DNA of 63,398 bases, the filler included, from Octopus bimaculoides (Eukaryota): the NCBI RefSeq assembly GCF_001194135.2. It is 9 parts of 8 records of this genome, joined end to end, with 100 filler letters (N's around TTAATTAATTAA, not from the genome) between each part and the next. Parts side by side here need not be neighbours in the genome. Positions count along the whole stretch, not along the records: positions 7,318 to 27,975 come from NC_068981.1; 8 more parts are not named here. The stretch is one strand, 5' to 3'. Each line of letters opens with the position of its first letter. Position 1 is the stretch's first letter. Below are positions 11,340-23,228 of the stretch, one piece after another. The notes under the pieces were generated by a model. That model was not told the origin of the DNA. It saw nothing but the letters and a program-made list of their open reading frames with translations, and did no database searches. A program made the translations under genes and the position numbers.

Positions 11340-11545
11340 TATATAAATATATGCATATATCCATGCATATATGTACATACCTACATCTATATGTATACAT
11401 ACATGCATATATGGGCACAGGACATCACAAACAACGTTAAACACAATGAGAAACGAAGACAGAAAACGAACTTTTTGGAACAACGAAAAATAACAGAGAG
11501 ACGAGACATGCAACATAAAGAATATTTCCTTTCATCAGTTGTCTC
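11340..11545 (+). mobile_element. Interspersed repeat, probably Penelope-derived; second copy inverted at 50982-51200
   Basis: About 200 bp directly alignable between the two loci (ATGGG.ACAGGACATC..GTTAAACACAATGAGAAACG..GAGACATGCAACATAAAGAATAT..TTC.TCAGTTGTC). Confidence 0.7.
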
Positions 11546-12284
11546 TCTCTCTCACACACCCACCCACACACACGCACATATGTAGCAGTATGTAGTTATG
11601 GCTGTACGTTTGCTTTCCTGTGAGTATGTATACATATCTCATTTATTTCCTCTAAGTATGCTCGGCTGACAAGGAAAAGCCATTAGGCAAATCCATTAAT
11701 TGATCAATCCAGAGCTATCTATATTGTTAGGAATTTTCCGTTAGCTTGCTTCCCCTATTTCAACACGTGTGTAACTTTGTGATGATTTAAAAAATGGTTG
11801 GACGATTTAGCATCTATTTTCAGCATATAGGCTAGAATTTTTCTATGCCCTTAATTATAATTATATATTTGATTTCACCTTAATAGGTCTATTTTTATAT
11901 GCTGGCCACTGATTAAATTCTTAACAATTTTATCCTTTATTATTATAATTGAAATATTTCTATTTACTTTGGGATAATCACGTATGTGCTACTTTGACCG
12001 AATACACGCGTGCTGAGGTAAGCTACGAAATTCTATCTATGTTGGATATAACTGTGGTATTTGTATGTAATAATATAATTAGAATGTTATTGTTGTTTAA
12101 GCACTTGTCAAGCACATTGTGAAAGGTATTCTAGTAATAAGCATTTCGTCTTTTTTAAGATGGTAGAGTAATATCAGTGAAATTCGATTGTTACTTGAAG
12201 CAGGTCTTGTGACTAGTTTCTCGCTTGTTTGTATTAACATTTACTTGTGAGTATCTATTATTATATATTAAAATATTTCTTCGA

Positions 12285-12400
12285 GATCGTCTTTGTCTTT
12301 CATCCTTTCGGGGTCAATAATGTAATACCAGTTGAACTCTGGCGTCGATGCGATTGACTTTCCTATCTCTCAAAATTGTTGGCCTGGAAACTAAGTAAAA
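12285..12400 (+). mobile_element. SINE fragment with Meta/MESC-like core
   Basis: GTCTTTCATCCTTTCGGGGTC.ATAA....TACCAGTTGA. Related copies at 49650-49850 and 53130-53315. Confidence 0.55.
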
Positions 12401-12748
12401 AAGTATTACTATATTTTAAAGTAGAGTTATGTCCCTTCGATCTTCTACTAACGAAATGGTAGTAGTTTCTGGTGATATTGGTTTATAAATAGAAAACTTT
12501 GGCATATCCCATCAGCAGTGCTACACTGCACATATGACCAAGGTACATAACTCTCACTTTATCGGTTAATAGTTAGTTTCTGTTTTACCTGCGATACAGA
12601 AAAAAGTGAAATGATTTACTTCATATTTCAGTTACTCTAAAAACAAATTATTAGAAATACTATGTATTTTAATGAAATTTACGACAGGATTAACTTCCGG
12701 ATTGTGCAAAGATCGTTGTCACTACACTTGTTTTATATATTCATTATA

Positions 12749-12874
12749 CAGTGTGTCCACAAAGTCTGGGTACATGGGGGATTAACACACTTTAAAAAAT
12801 TATTATTTCTTATATTTAATGGTTTATGTTATGATTTTATTTACTCCATGTAGCCAGACTTTGTGGACACCCTG
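12749..12874. mobile_element. Tc1/mariner-type MITE (126 bp) with TA target-site duplication
   Basis: TIRs CAGTGTGTCCACAAAGTCTGGGTACATGG and CAGGGTGTCCACAAAGTCTGGCTACATGG (2 mismatches). TA at 12747-48 and 12875-76. Confidence 0.9.
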
Positions 12875-13393
12875 TACCTAAACTAGAGCCAATGAAGGAG
12901 CTTCTTTGTGATTTGACTTGTTAGAACTAGCAGCCAAACCTCACTCAAATTTAAAAAAAAAAAGAATGAAATTGAATAAAAACAAAACAGTTTAGCGTGG
13001 TCTAGGAGTAACTATCTCTGAAAAGTCGGAATGGTTATGACTGAGCATATGTCTACACGATCAGGGTTGTGCTGGGGCTAAACAACATTAAAGACGAGTA
13101 TAAAACAAACATTAGAAAACGTATGTATGTATGTATGTATGTATGTATGTATGTATGTATGTATGTATGTATGTATGTACAATAACAACTAATAGTAATC
13201 GGTGGCAGTAGTATGGTATGTTGGAAAATAGAATGAACACAACAATAAATAAATAAATAAATAAATAAATTGCGGAGATGTACTTGTATAGCAAGTGACC
13301 TGATCTGAGATCGTGTGCTGGAACGAAAACAATTGCAGCGTGGAAGGTGTTTATAAGCCATTTAAAACAACACACAAAAACCGTTAGATTCAT

Positions 13394-13553
13394 TTCAACA
13401 TTTAAATTTAATTTGTCAAAATATTTTCGTCGCTTTGAGACCGCGACCTGTTCACTGACAAAATTCTGTGCTGCATCCCAAAATTTTGTCAGTGAACAGG
13501 TCTCGGTCTCAAAGCGACGAAAATATTTTGACAAATTAAATTTAAATGTTGAA
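13394..13553. repeat. Long palindrome, 72-bp arms with 16-nt spacer
   Basis: 13394-13465 and 13482-13553 are reverse complements with one mismatch. The right arm runs into an N gap. Confidence 0.95.
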
Positions 13554-14245
13554 NNNNNNNNNNNNNNNNNNNNNNNNNNNNNNNNNNNNNNNNNNNNNNN
13601 NNNNNNNNNNNNNNNNNNNNNNNNNNNNNNNNNNNNNNNNNNNNNNNNNNNNNNNNNNNNNNNNNNNNNNNNNNNNNNNNNNNNNNNNNNNNNNNNNNNN
13701 NNNNNNNNNNNNTATTCATACTCGCTCATAAAGTTCTTGAAAGTAAATAATTATTTGTATTTTCAGTTGACAATTGAACACATTAAAATTTACAGACAAG
13801 AACTTAATGAGCAAGAATGGATAATCTTAAAGGACCTTTTATTTTATGAATTTATTTTATAAAATCATTTATTTATAACTTATTTTTCATTTTTTTTGTT
13901 GTGTCTGGGGAGAGTCATTTTGTCTTTACGCCTTATTAATTAACACACTCCCGGGTTCAATTTTCACTCAGTTGACTTATATATATATATATTTTTTCTT
14001 TCAGAATTTTCGTTGCTTCTTGCAACCTTCTCAATTGTCGTTGATTCTGTCCGTTATCGGAGCTGCGGTCCGTTTGTTTGTTTGTGCGCATGCGTGTGCG
14101 TCAGTGTGCATGTATGTATGTATGTATGTATGTATGTATGTATGTGTGTGCGCGCGCGCGTATGCATATATTTATGTATGCGTGTGTGTACGTCTGTATG
14201 TATTCTGCATATTCATGTTTTTGTGTGTGTGTTTGTGTGTTTGTA

Positions 14246-14294
<49 letters not shown>

Positions 14295-14875
14295 TTGTGT
14301 GTGTACCCCTGTCTCATTGTGTGTGCATGTTTTAATGTGTCCATGTGTATTGGTTTGTGTGACTATGTACGTGCATCTGCTATGTATGGATGTTTCTTCA
14401 TATATGTCTTTGTGTGTATGCATGTAAGTGTGTGGAGCGTATGTGTGATTATTGTCACGTGTTTCCGTCTCTTTTTGTGTATGTATGTGTGTGTGCGTGC
14501 TTGCCTGTGCGTATTACCCCTATACCTATCTATCCATTTATCTATTTAATTTAATAAATTTGGAAAATTAGATATTCGAATACGAACCATGCTCCCCATT
14601 TGACTCGTATCTCGAATGTTGACTGGTCATTCTGCCGATGATAGTCCGACCTTTGTGAGATATATAATTTTTATCTTACTAAAATTGACTTGAAACCATG
14701 GTACAGAATATAGATTGGTAAATGTTTTTATTTTTCATCCCCTTTCGAAATTATCCCTACTTTTTGTGGTATGTAGTCTTGCTGCTATTTCTAGCGGGTT
14801 AGATGTCCTATTACAGGCATCTCTGTATTTTAAATGAATATCCATTTATCTATGTATCTATCTGTTTACCAAAGT

Positions 14876-15235
14876 GAAAGCGCGTGGCTAAGAGGTTAGG
14901 GCATTCGGCTCACGATCGTAAGGTCGTGAGTTCAATTTCCGGCGACGCGTTGTGTCCTTGAACAAGACACTTTATTTCACGTTACTCCAGTCCACTCAGC
15001 TGACAAAAATGAGTAGTACCTGTACTTCAAAGGGCCGGCCTTGTCACACTTTGTGTCACGCTGAATCTTCCTGAGAACTACGTTAGGGGTACACGTGTCT
15101 GTGGATTGCTCAGCCACTTGCACATTAATTTCACGAGNNNNNNNNNNAGCCACTTGCACATTAATTTCACGAGCAAGCTGTTCCGTTGATCGTATCAGCT
15201 GGGACCCTCATCGTCGTAACCGACGGAGTACTCCT
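14876..15235 (+). mobile_element. Near full-length tRNA-derived SINE with CORE-like segment
   Basis: GCGCGTGGCTAAGAGG (A-box-like), GTGAGTTCAATTTCC (B-box-like), CORE-like TGTCCTTGAACAAGACACTTTA, then body. Contains a 10-N overlap artefact at 15138-15147. Confidence 0.8.
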
Positions 15236-15801
15236 TAAAACTATCTGTTTACCTACTTATTCATTTACCTACCTATATGTATGTAATTATCTACATAACA
15301 GCCTACTAACAAATGTACCTATGTATGTATATTCTATGGCTACTGGGATATCACTACCTTCTACGTGTATTTTCTATTTAGAACGGGGTATGTTTCATTT
15401 ATGTGGACGTACTCCTTTATTTGTCCGAGTGATTGATTCTTGGAGTGCTTGGATAAAATGCGGATGTCTAGTCGACCCAGTGTGCCTCCATGTTGGAATT
15501 TGGCAAGTTAGTCTTCGGCAAGTCGGTAGAGTATGAAGACTGTTTTTTTTATCATCATAATACCTCAAATGGCCATTTAAAAATATATGTAGGATGTTAC
15601 AGTTGCAGTTCACTTATCCCAGGAATGTGCTGTGTAGAATGGGTAGAAATGCTTCTTGTCCATGGTATGAAGATTCCGGTAGGAGATCATATATTATTTA
15701 CAATAGTGTGGAGACATAAATTCCATGTGCTGTTCATTCAAAAGGTTCTTGTTCATTCAAAGACCCCATTGAAATCATATACATACATACATATATGCAT
15801 G

Positions 15802-15881
<80 letters not shown>

Positions 15882-17052
15882 AATATATATATATATAAAT
15901 ATATATATATATAAATATATACATACATATATATACNNNNNNNNNNNNNNNNNNNNNNNNNNNNNNNNNNNNNNNNNNNNNNNNNNNNNNNNNNNNNNNN
16001 NNNNNNNNNNNNNNNNNNNNNNNNNNNATACATACATACATACATACATATATATATATATATATGTAAATAGAGATAAGCAAGCGAGATCAATATACAA
16101 AGTACAGTAAATACAAACATGCATATATGTAATACATATAAAAAGGTCCGACTTACACAGAATACAAATGATGTAGAGAATTAAAGGGCTGATGAAATAT
16201 ATATGTGTGTGTGTATAAACGGTCACCTAAATGGCACACTAAAATATTTTTTGGGCAATAATATTTAGTGTAGTCGTTCATTGTGGTCAGTCCGATTATT
16301 ATCAGTGGTTTCACGTCTATTGATTCTCGGAGCAATATAGATGACTCATAAAAATTGCTCGTTGGAGGCACAGAATCTCTTTACAAATGGCGGTAAAACA
16401 CACTTAGTCAGCCAGGCTAGTGAAAAAAAGAAAGAAGAGAAATAAGGCTCTGAAACGAAATTCTTCGAAGTAAAATTCCGTTTTGGATGAGATGGATTTA
16501 TCTCCCTTTGACTGGTTCCATTTGTGTCCGTACAATGTCCTTTTATGCATTATTTCCGTTCACGAGTTAGTAAGCGGAGAATTCCAGGTCTCCAGCACGA
16601 ATTTTCTCTGATGTGAACTCCAGCTGAATAGCTTACATTTGGAAATTTAGGGTTAAGAGAATTTTCTTCAATTCCAGAAGTGAGATGTTTAGCCAGTGCC
16701 CTCATGTGAGAATATTTACGTTGAAGACATGGAAATTCCCCGTCTGCTGACTAGTAGACGGAATTCTTACGTAAACTGACCCTTTCTGGATACAAATGAA
16801 ATCAATAAATGGGAGATAACACTATCTCACTCAGAAGGTTTCTTTCCTACCCAGCATTTCATTTAATGTGTAATTTTCACAATCCAGATTGAGTAAAACA
16901 TCTCCATTAGTAAGAAGGTTATGTGCTTCCAGCCATTAGCTCTAGTGTGATGTCACTATTGCTAAGAGCAGTAATAGACGTAAAACCAATGGTGACATTT
17001 TGACTGATCTTAACCAACGGTGTGTTTGTAATTACGGTTATTTCACTCACAT

Positions 17053-17286
17053 TTATCGTACAACTATCTCACATATATGTCTCCCAGTCTCTATTGTTTT
17101 ACAAGGAATATCATTCCATCTGTAATTGTATGGCATCAAACCTACACAGTTTTCGACGCTATCACTATTGGAGGGATTATTCTTTGCCCCAAAATCAAAA
17201 GTTTTTGCTTCTCCATTCTGCCATACAAAGATCTTAATCTTTGCACAATCAAATATAGAAATGGCAACCTTCATCCGGCTTTGGAG
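17053..17286 (-). pseudogene. PAN-CTL gene exon 3 (C-terminal half of CTL), disrupted
   Basis: Acceptor ttttcag|CT (phase 1). Spliced frame: SPKPDEGCHFYI*LCKD* with TGA at 17251-17249 where WIGL-like Gly is expected. An 8-nt deletion relative to the paralogue precedes FVWQNGEAK...NCVGLMPYNYRWNDIPCKTIETGRHICEIVVR*. Shares TTTGTATGGCAGAATGGAGAAGC with 9336-9574. Confidence 0.85.
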
Positions 17287-19875
17287 CTGAAAACAAACGC
17301 AAAAAGAAAAAAAATATATATATATATTGATTAATAATCGGTTTGTTGGAACTAGCTTATAATTCGATGTATGTTTGACCATTATATTGTCTTGTTGCAA
17401 TAGTAGTAGTAGTAGTTGCTGCTATTGTTTAGTCCCTGTTTAGCACTGATAAGTTATGGCATTCTGCCTTATTTGTGTTGTCAGTGCATTCTTGACTGTA
17501 TTCTATTATTCGAGAAACAGTTGATCGCCATCTTTCGTAAGTTGAATGGTCACTCAGCGTAGATATTTTCACACACTGAGCCGCAGCCCACCGAGCACTT
17601 GCATATGATTCCCTGGTATGCGCCAAGTTTTTAGGGTAGTCGGAAAACTACAAAATATTTTGAAGCGTGGCAAAATGCAATGCGCATCGCCATCCTCGTT
17701 TGAAAACAATACTTATAAATAGAAACGGACATGCGAACATTCGTACCTAACATTTCAAAATCTAACGGACGATCATATTTAACCTAATTCAGCGTGCCTT
17801 GAATTGGATGAATTTGAAAATCGGCATAATTGGCTAAAACATATTTCCACGTTTCTAATACAAATATAAACGTAATAACCTGTTTCAACTAAAATAAAAC
17901 TAGCAATCTTAACATTCATGTATACTGGTTTCAGTAATTGAGCTGTCTTAGTCTTAGAACTGTCTTAGTTACACTGTCTTAGTCTTATAACTAATGTATA
18001 GAAAATATGGCAATTTGCAAAATAGAAATGAAATAAAGACGGCTTAGGAATGCTGAAATCAGATTTTGCCGGAAGAGTGTTATCTGATGAAATAAGTGTT
18101 CCGTCAGAGTCGATTTAATCGACTTTTGCTCCCCAAATCTTTGTGCTTTGAGTAAATAACAGAAATCAGTATATCTAGGAAGCCGGAATTTACTGGCTTA
18201 TCGAAATAGATAGAGCCATTATATATACAAAATTTACATGGGTAAAAGAAGTTTCAATTAATATCTTAATCAAATACGATTTTCTCATGGTTAATAAATG
18301 AGGTGATTATAGTGAAAGAGGTAGCAAAAACAACCGTAGCAGTAATGGTAGCAACAGTAACAGTATTATTAGTATTGGTAGTAGTAGTAGTAGTAGTAGT
18401 TGGTTTTGTATAGCCTCGGGTTGCTCTAAGCAAGAAGACGACTTCATATGATAGGCATCTCATTCTTGACACCAGTTTTTTTGTACATAACTAACTACCT
18501 GCACGAGGCCTTATATGTCGTTCTTTTCTCGTGACGGTAGGTGCGATTTAAAGATAATTTATTTAACTGTTATTTCTAACCGGTCGAATAACACTGATGT
18601 CCCGAGAAGTATTGTATTTGACAATCTTAAGGGATTACATTCAGAAGAGCCAGAGAATGGAAAGTTCATTTGCTCATGATTTTTTTTTTTACCAAATATA
18701 TTACTTAAGAGAAATATAAGATAGGATTCTTAAACCCCAAAATTAACAACAAGCATTTACTGTTATAATTTTATTTCTGATTGTTCTTTTTTTCCTTTCT
18801 TTTGATAGTTTCATAAAATATTAAGCTAAGACAAATTGTTAACGACTTTTTACATTGTGAATTTATATCCCGCCCAGGTCAGCTTCATCTTATGTTTCTC
18901 CGCTATGAATGTAATAGACTACAAGACACCCGCCTCAGAGTCATAACCTGCCGTATATATTAATATAAATTATATGCTTGTTATTAACGTAGATGCTGAA
19001 ATCTGTTTATCGATCTTTGTGGCTTGAAAATCTGTACATGTTCAACATATATATGTATATATATCTAATTATTTACAAATGAAGAGTGTCGAACTAACTA
19101 ATGTAGTAGGTAAATTATTTATTTAGTCTCTTTGCATATGAATTCACTACTGAAGAGACTTAACCTTTCATATTATATGAATTTGAAGGGATGCTTCTTA
19201 TGAATTCGCTGATCAGTTTAATCGACACTAAAGTTTCACTATTAGCATTGACGCTGCGTCGATTAAGACCAAAATCAAAATTCATAAAGAGATTAATTTC
19301 GTTGAGACTATGTTTATATTGTCAGCAATATTCCTGTAATAAGGTAACTCAATGCTCTAAACCGTCATGACACAACTGTCGTTATTAATATTGAAGAGGA
19401 TGTAGTCCAAAGGATGTTCCATCATACGAAAACATTGGTTCAAAAATTACATTCTGTAAAATCTCTAACATTTTATAACAATACGATTTATAACAAAACA
19501 TTTCCATTGTCTCAACGTTCTACTCGAATATGTTTGTGTAACTAACAGAACAAAATCTAAAATAAATCATTACTTAAGTATTTTTTAACTGGCAAAGTTA
19601 TTTTCTTTTGTAACTCATTGACAATAAATGACAATATAATATAAGTCTTTAAAACATATATATGAAATTAAATGGTTGCATTCGATATTTTATCAAAAAT
19701 TGGTGCATTTTCTCATCGAAAAAGAAATAATCAGAGTAGAAAGTACAAATAAGAGAAAAATTAGAAGTAAAACGGAATGTAATTTGCAAAATGGCATAAA
19801 ATTTTAATTCAAAATATTAAACAGTTATAATTTATGATATTAGATATATATTTTGGTTACATTTGTATGTGTGTG

Positions 19876-19930
<55 letters not shown>

Positions 19931-19977
19931 TTTTTGTGTGTGAATGAGTGTGTATAAAACAGTAAAATGCTACTCAC

Positions 19978-20160
19978 ACACTGATACTAGTACTGTTTGT
20001 AGATAGTTCATTACTTCTAAATTTCTAATGTGAATAAGTTGTCCCCGATCCTTATTGCAACTGTCTGCAGCTTCATTCCATGATGCTTTCGTCGAACCTA
20101 TTTGATAACATAATCTCAATTCTGGTTGGTAAGTGTAGCCGGCTGACGTCGGACATTCAG
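19978..20160 (-). pseudogene. PAN-CTL gene exon 2 (N-terminal half of CTL), intact
   Basis: tcttcctgaag|CT...GTGT|GTGAGT, 183 nt, phase 1-1. (P)ECPTSAGYTYQPELRLCYQIGSTKASWNEAADSCNKDRGQLIHIRNLEVMNYLQTVLVSV, matching the CP..Y....CY...W..A...C....L..I CTL pattern. Absent from the ORF track because there is no ATG. Confidence 0.9.
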
Positions 20161-22379
20161 CTTCAGGAAGACATGAGAAATATGTTTCTTGTGTTAGGTT
20201 ATTTGGTAAAGTAATAGCTTATTCTAATTTCAGGTCTCTATTAACCATTAACTGACTTAGAAATATTGTCTCTTACCCAGTGCACCTCAGCTGAAACTGA
20301 TTTGTATCTGTATACTGGCAAGTAGAATTTATAGACACTTCCATTCCAGTTTTGCTTTTGCATGCACAATAAATCTCTTTCCAGAATTTTCTTTTCTTCA
20401 GCACTCTCTCAACCTCCCGTCAACATAGTTAGCATCTCTAACAGTTTCTTTATCCACCAAAATGCAAGATAGTGTAACCAAACGATATTCCAGCCAGCAA
20501 CATTAGAAATGCATGCTTAAGAGCTGGTGCTAAACTTGCCTATTTTGATAGTTCTCACCTCTTTATGAACGTGTATATAAACAGGTTATTGCATCATTGA
20601 AGCTTAAAGAAGTAACCTTTCTAACTTTAATGGTTACATAAATGGCTATATACATTTTAACATATTTATATAAACACAGTGCTGTAACGTTAGATACATA
20701 GAAAAAGCGAAGTAACCTTTCAAAATAATTCACACACAAAACGTCTGTAGATAGAACAGGATAACAGTAGAATATCATTTGTAAATTTTGAGGTATTTCA
20801 TTAAAGAAATCCAGTAATGATATGAGTGTGAAAGTTAGCGTAATGAAAATGGAAAGTATAATGAAACTGAGAGATGACTGTGCATACAGGGTTACGAAAT
20901 AAACAACCATAATATTGTAATAAATGACTAAATTAAGAAATGCGGTATGCACACTATGTCATATACTTTGAATACAATAGAATTATAATACAGTGGTGAT
21001 GTTTGCACAGTTAAGAGGTCCACTTTGTAATTACGGTATCTTGAGTTTAATCTCACTGTACATTACCCTAAAATGTATTTTCTGTCATCTACGTTGAATA
21101 GAAAAAAAGTGTAATTGGAACCTCTCTATGTTCGTTCGACCTTCTATAACGAACAGCCAAACCCCACTGAAATCACATCCTCGTCTTAGGGAAAGAACGC
21201 ATAAGATAATATATGTTCTAGAAAGCACTAAAACACATGAGATAATTACGGTGGAAATGCTTTTGATCATTTTCTAACAGGATTAACCTTAGCTTCTACA
21301 ACAACAATGAAATGAACAGCAGCAACAACACATTTAAGGGAAACTTAAAGTAATCTCAAAGAAATATATGGAAAGAAAAAATGTCAAAAGCACAGCTAGG
21401 GATATTACTGGTGCTGCTTCAATTACAAGAACACTCAGAATGAATAAGTGGAAGGTAAAGAATAAAAGAAAAGAAATGCATAATTATTCTTCAAGCCAAC
21501 AATTACAAAATGCACTCTTATACACTGCAAATACTCAGCAACTACACTGCAGCGATTATAATTAGTTTTATTTAAATACTAAATGAAATAATACCAAATA
21601 ACATTCCATGAGTGTTGGGGACAGGTATGTGTGGGTGTATGTGCGTTTGTATGTGCGTGTTATTCAGCAGTTATCAAATTTATTTGAAAAGTGTCCTGCA
21701 TTGTGAGTTATGTGATATTTGATGATACTGTAATATTTCAATATGTATCACCAGAGAGCTTGTTTTATCTATCAACATCAATGAATTTATGTAATAATAA
21801 AACCTCTCTCTGTTGGAGACATCGAAGTAATATATAGGCACAAACGTTTGTTTTTTCTAAATACATAGCTAGAAGTTACATTGCATACAGCCCTATACAC
21901 ACAAAGCTTAATCCTATACAATGCACACATGCACATACTCGCACTCTACGACACACACCGGTACAATACGAACCAAAAAATAAGTGACCTCTATGTGGTT
22001 GCAGCCAAATCATCTTCATATAATATCCCACTGTGTTAGGAAAAAAAAAGTCGAGATTAAATAGGCCTGGTCTCATTACAGTTTAAAATATGACATTATG
22101 ACAGAGTAAATGACATTAAGAATAACTATACTTGAACAACATGAGTAACACGATCCAAAAAGAACCTCTATATAATCGTTTGACCTGCAAGAAATAGAAG
22201 TTAAATTTCCCTCAGACGATAGATAGCGCCATCGATATGAAGGGTAAGCTTTAAATAACAGACACAACTAGAACGCCTTTGAACATTGGTTTTCTTGAAG
22301 AGGGTTTACTAGAGGTTGAAGAAAAATATAAAAATATGCACAACACGTAAAATAGAAAAGAATCTCAAAAACTACTCAC

Positions 22380-22690
22380 GGACTTGTAGCGTGGTGTAAA
22401 TACTGTTTGCAGGAATGTTGATGAACGATGTGGCACCAGGTAATTGCTTGACTTTACGTACGATACATACTTCATTGGAAACGCTGTAAATAATCATACC
22501 ACATTCAGAATACGTCATACAGTGAGAAAAGCATTCAATTTTTGATCGGATGTTTGACATCTGAATTATTTTGTCGTCTTTCTCTGAAAGTTACCTTACT
22601 TCCTAAGCCTATTTGGAATAATAGCATTGAGAAAGTAATTGCGTAAAGATTTGCTTTATGAATGTCGTTACTAACTGAGAAGCAATCCAT
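22380..22690 (-). pseudogene. PAN-CTL gene exon 1 (signal peptide + PAN/apple-like domain), frameshifted
   Basis: ATG at 22690 gives MDCFSVSNDIHKANLYAITFSMLLFQIGLG. After a 1-nt frame offset: KDDKIIQMSNIRSKIECFSHCMTYSECGMIIYSVSNEVCIVRK...YTTLQV, matching S..EC...C....C..hhY....C. Donor C|GTGAGT (phase 1) matches exon 2. Confidence 0.75.
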
Positions 22691-22838
22691 ATTTCTTTAT
22701 AATATTGTGATAGATGGAACTTCAAATGCTTTACTAGTTATTAAAGGATTATTACTTCTCTCAGAGAAAAATAAATCTCTTTTCTGCTATATTTCTTATT
22801 AAATAATCGTCCTGATTTTACTTCTCGCTCTCTCTCTG

Positions 22839-22845
22839 TTATATA
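22839..22845 (-). promoter_or_regulatory. Candidate TATA box upstream of the PAN-CTL gene
   Basis: TATATAA inside the 16-bp palindrome TCTGTTATATAACAGA, about 150 nt upstream of the ATG. Position only. Confidence 0.25.
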
Positions 22846-23190
22846 ACAGAAGCGAAAATGTTTCCTGAAACAAATGAAAAGGCGTGACTCTCTGGTCAAG
22901 GATCTTTTCTCAAAGCCTTACTCCGAGTACTTATAATGACAACTTTTCACTGTTTGTTCTAAATTATAACATACACACACGCACACATATATACATATAT
23001 GATAATCTGCTTGTTCGTTCACCCGTTATACATCAGTTAATCAAAGAGGTTGAGGTGGAGTAAGTGAGAGATGAAGTGTGAAAGAAGGAGGAGGAGAGAA
23101 GAAAGAAGAGAGGAAGAAGTAAAGAAAATTGATTAATATTAATACACTTACGCCAAATGGTCACGCAATCAGCTGAAGGGAGAGGCAAAG

Positions 23191-23228
<38 letters not shown>

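Noticed and set aside
16450-17000. Less AT-rich block with FPCLQRKYSHMRALAKHL, zinc-finger-like
   Set aside because: The second Cys and second His are missing, all frames are interrupted, and no family could be assigned.
17287-17400. N-terminal part of ORF 17053-17400 as a single-exon lectin
   Set aside because: It runs through intron sequence, and the exon 2 donor phase requires a different frame that contains stops.
20563-20952. 129-aa hydrophobic ORF in intron 1 of the PAN-CTL gene
   Set aside because: T-rich strand bias explains the hydrophobicity. No recognisable motif, and the candidate exon inside it contains a stop.
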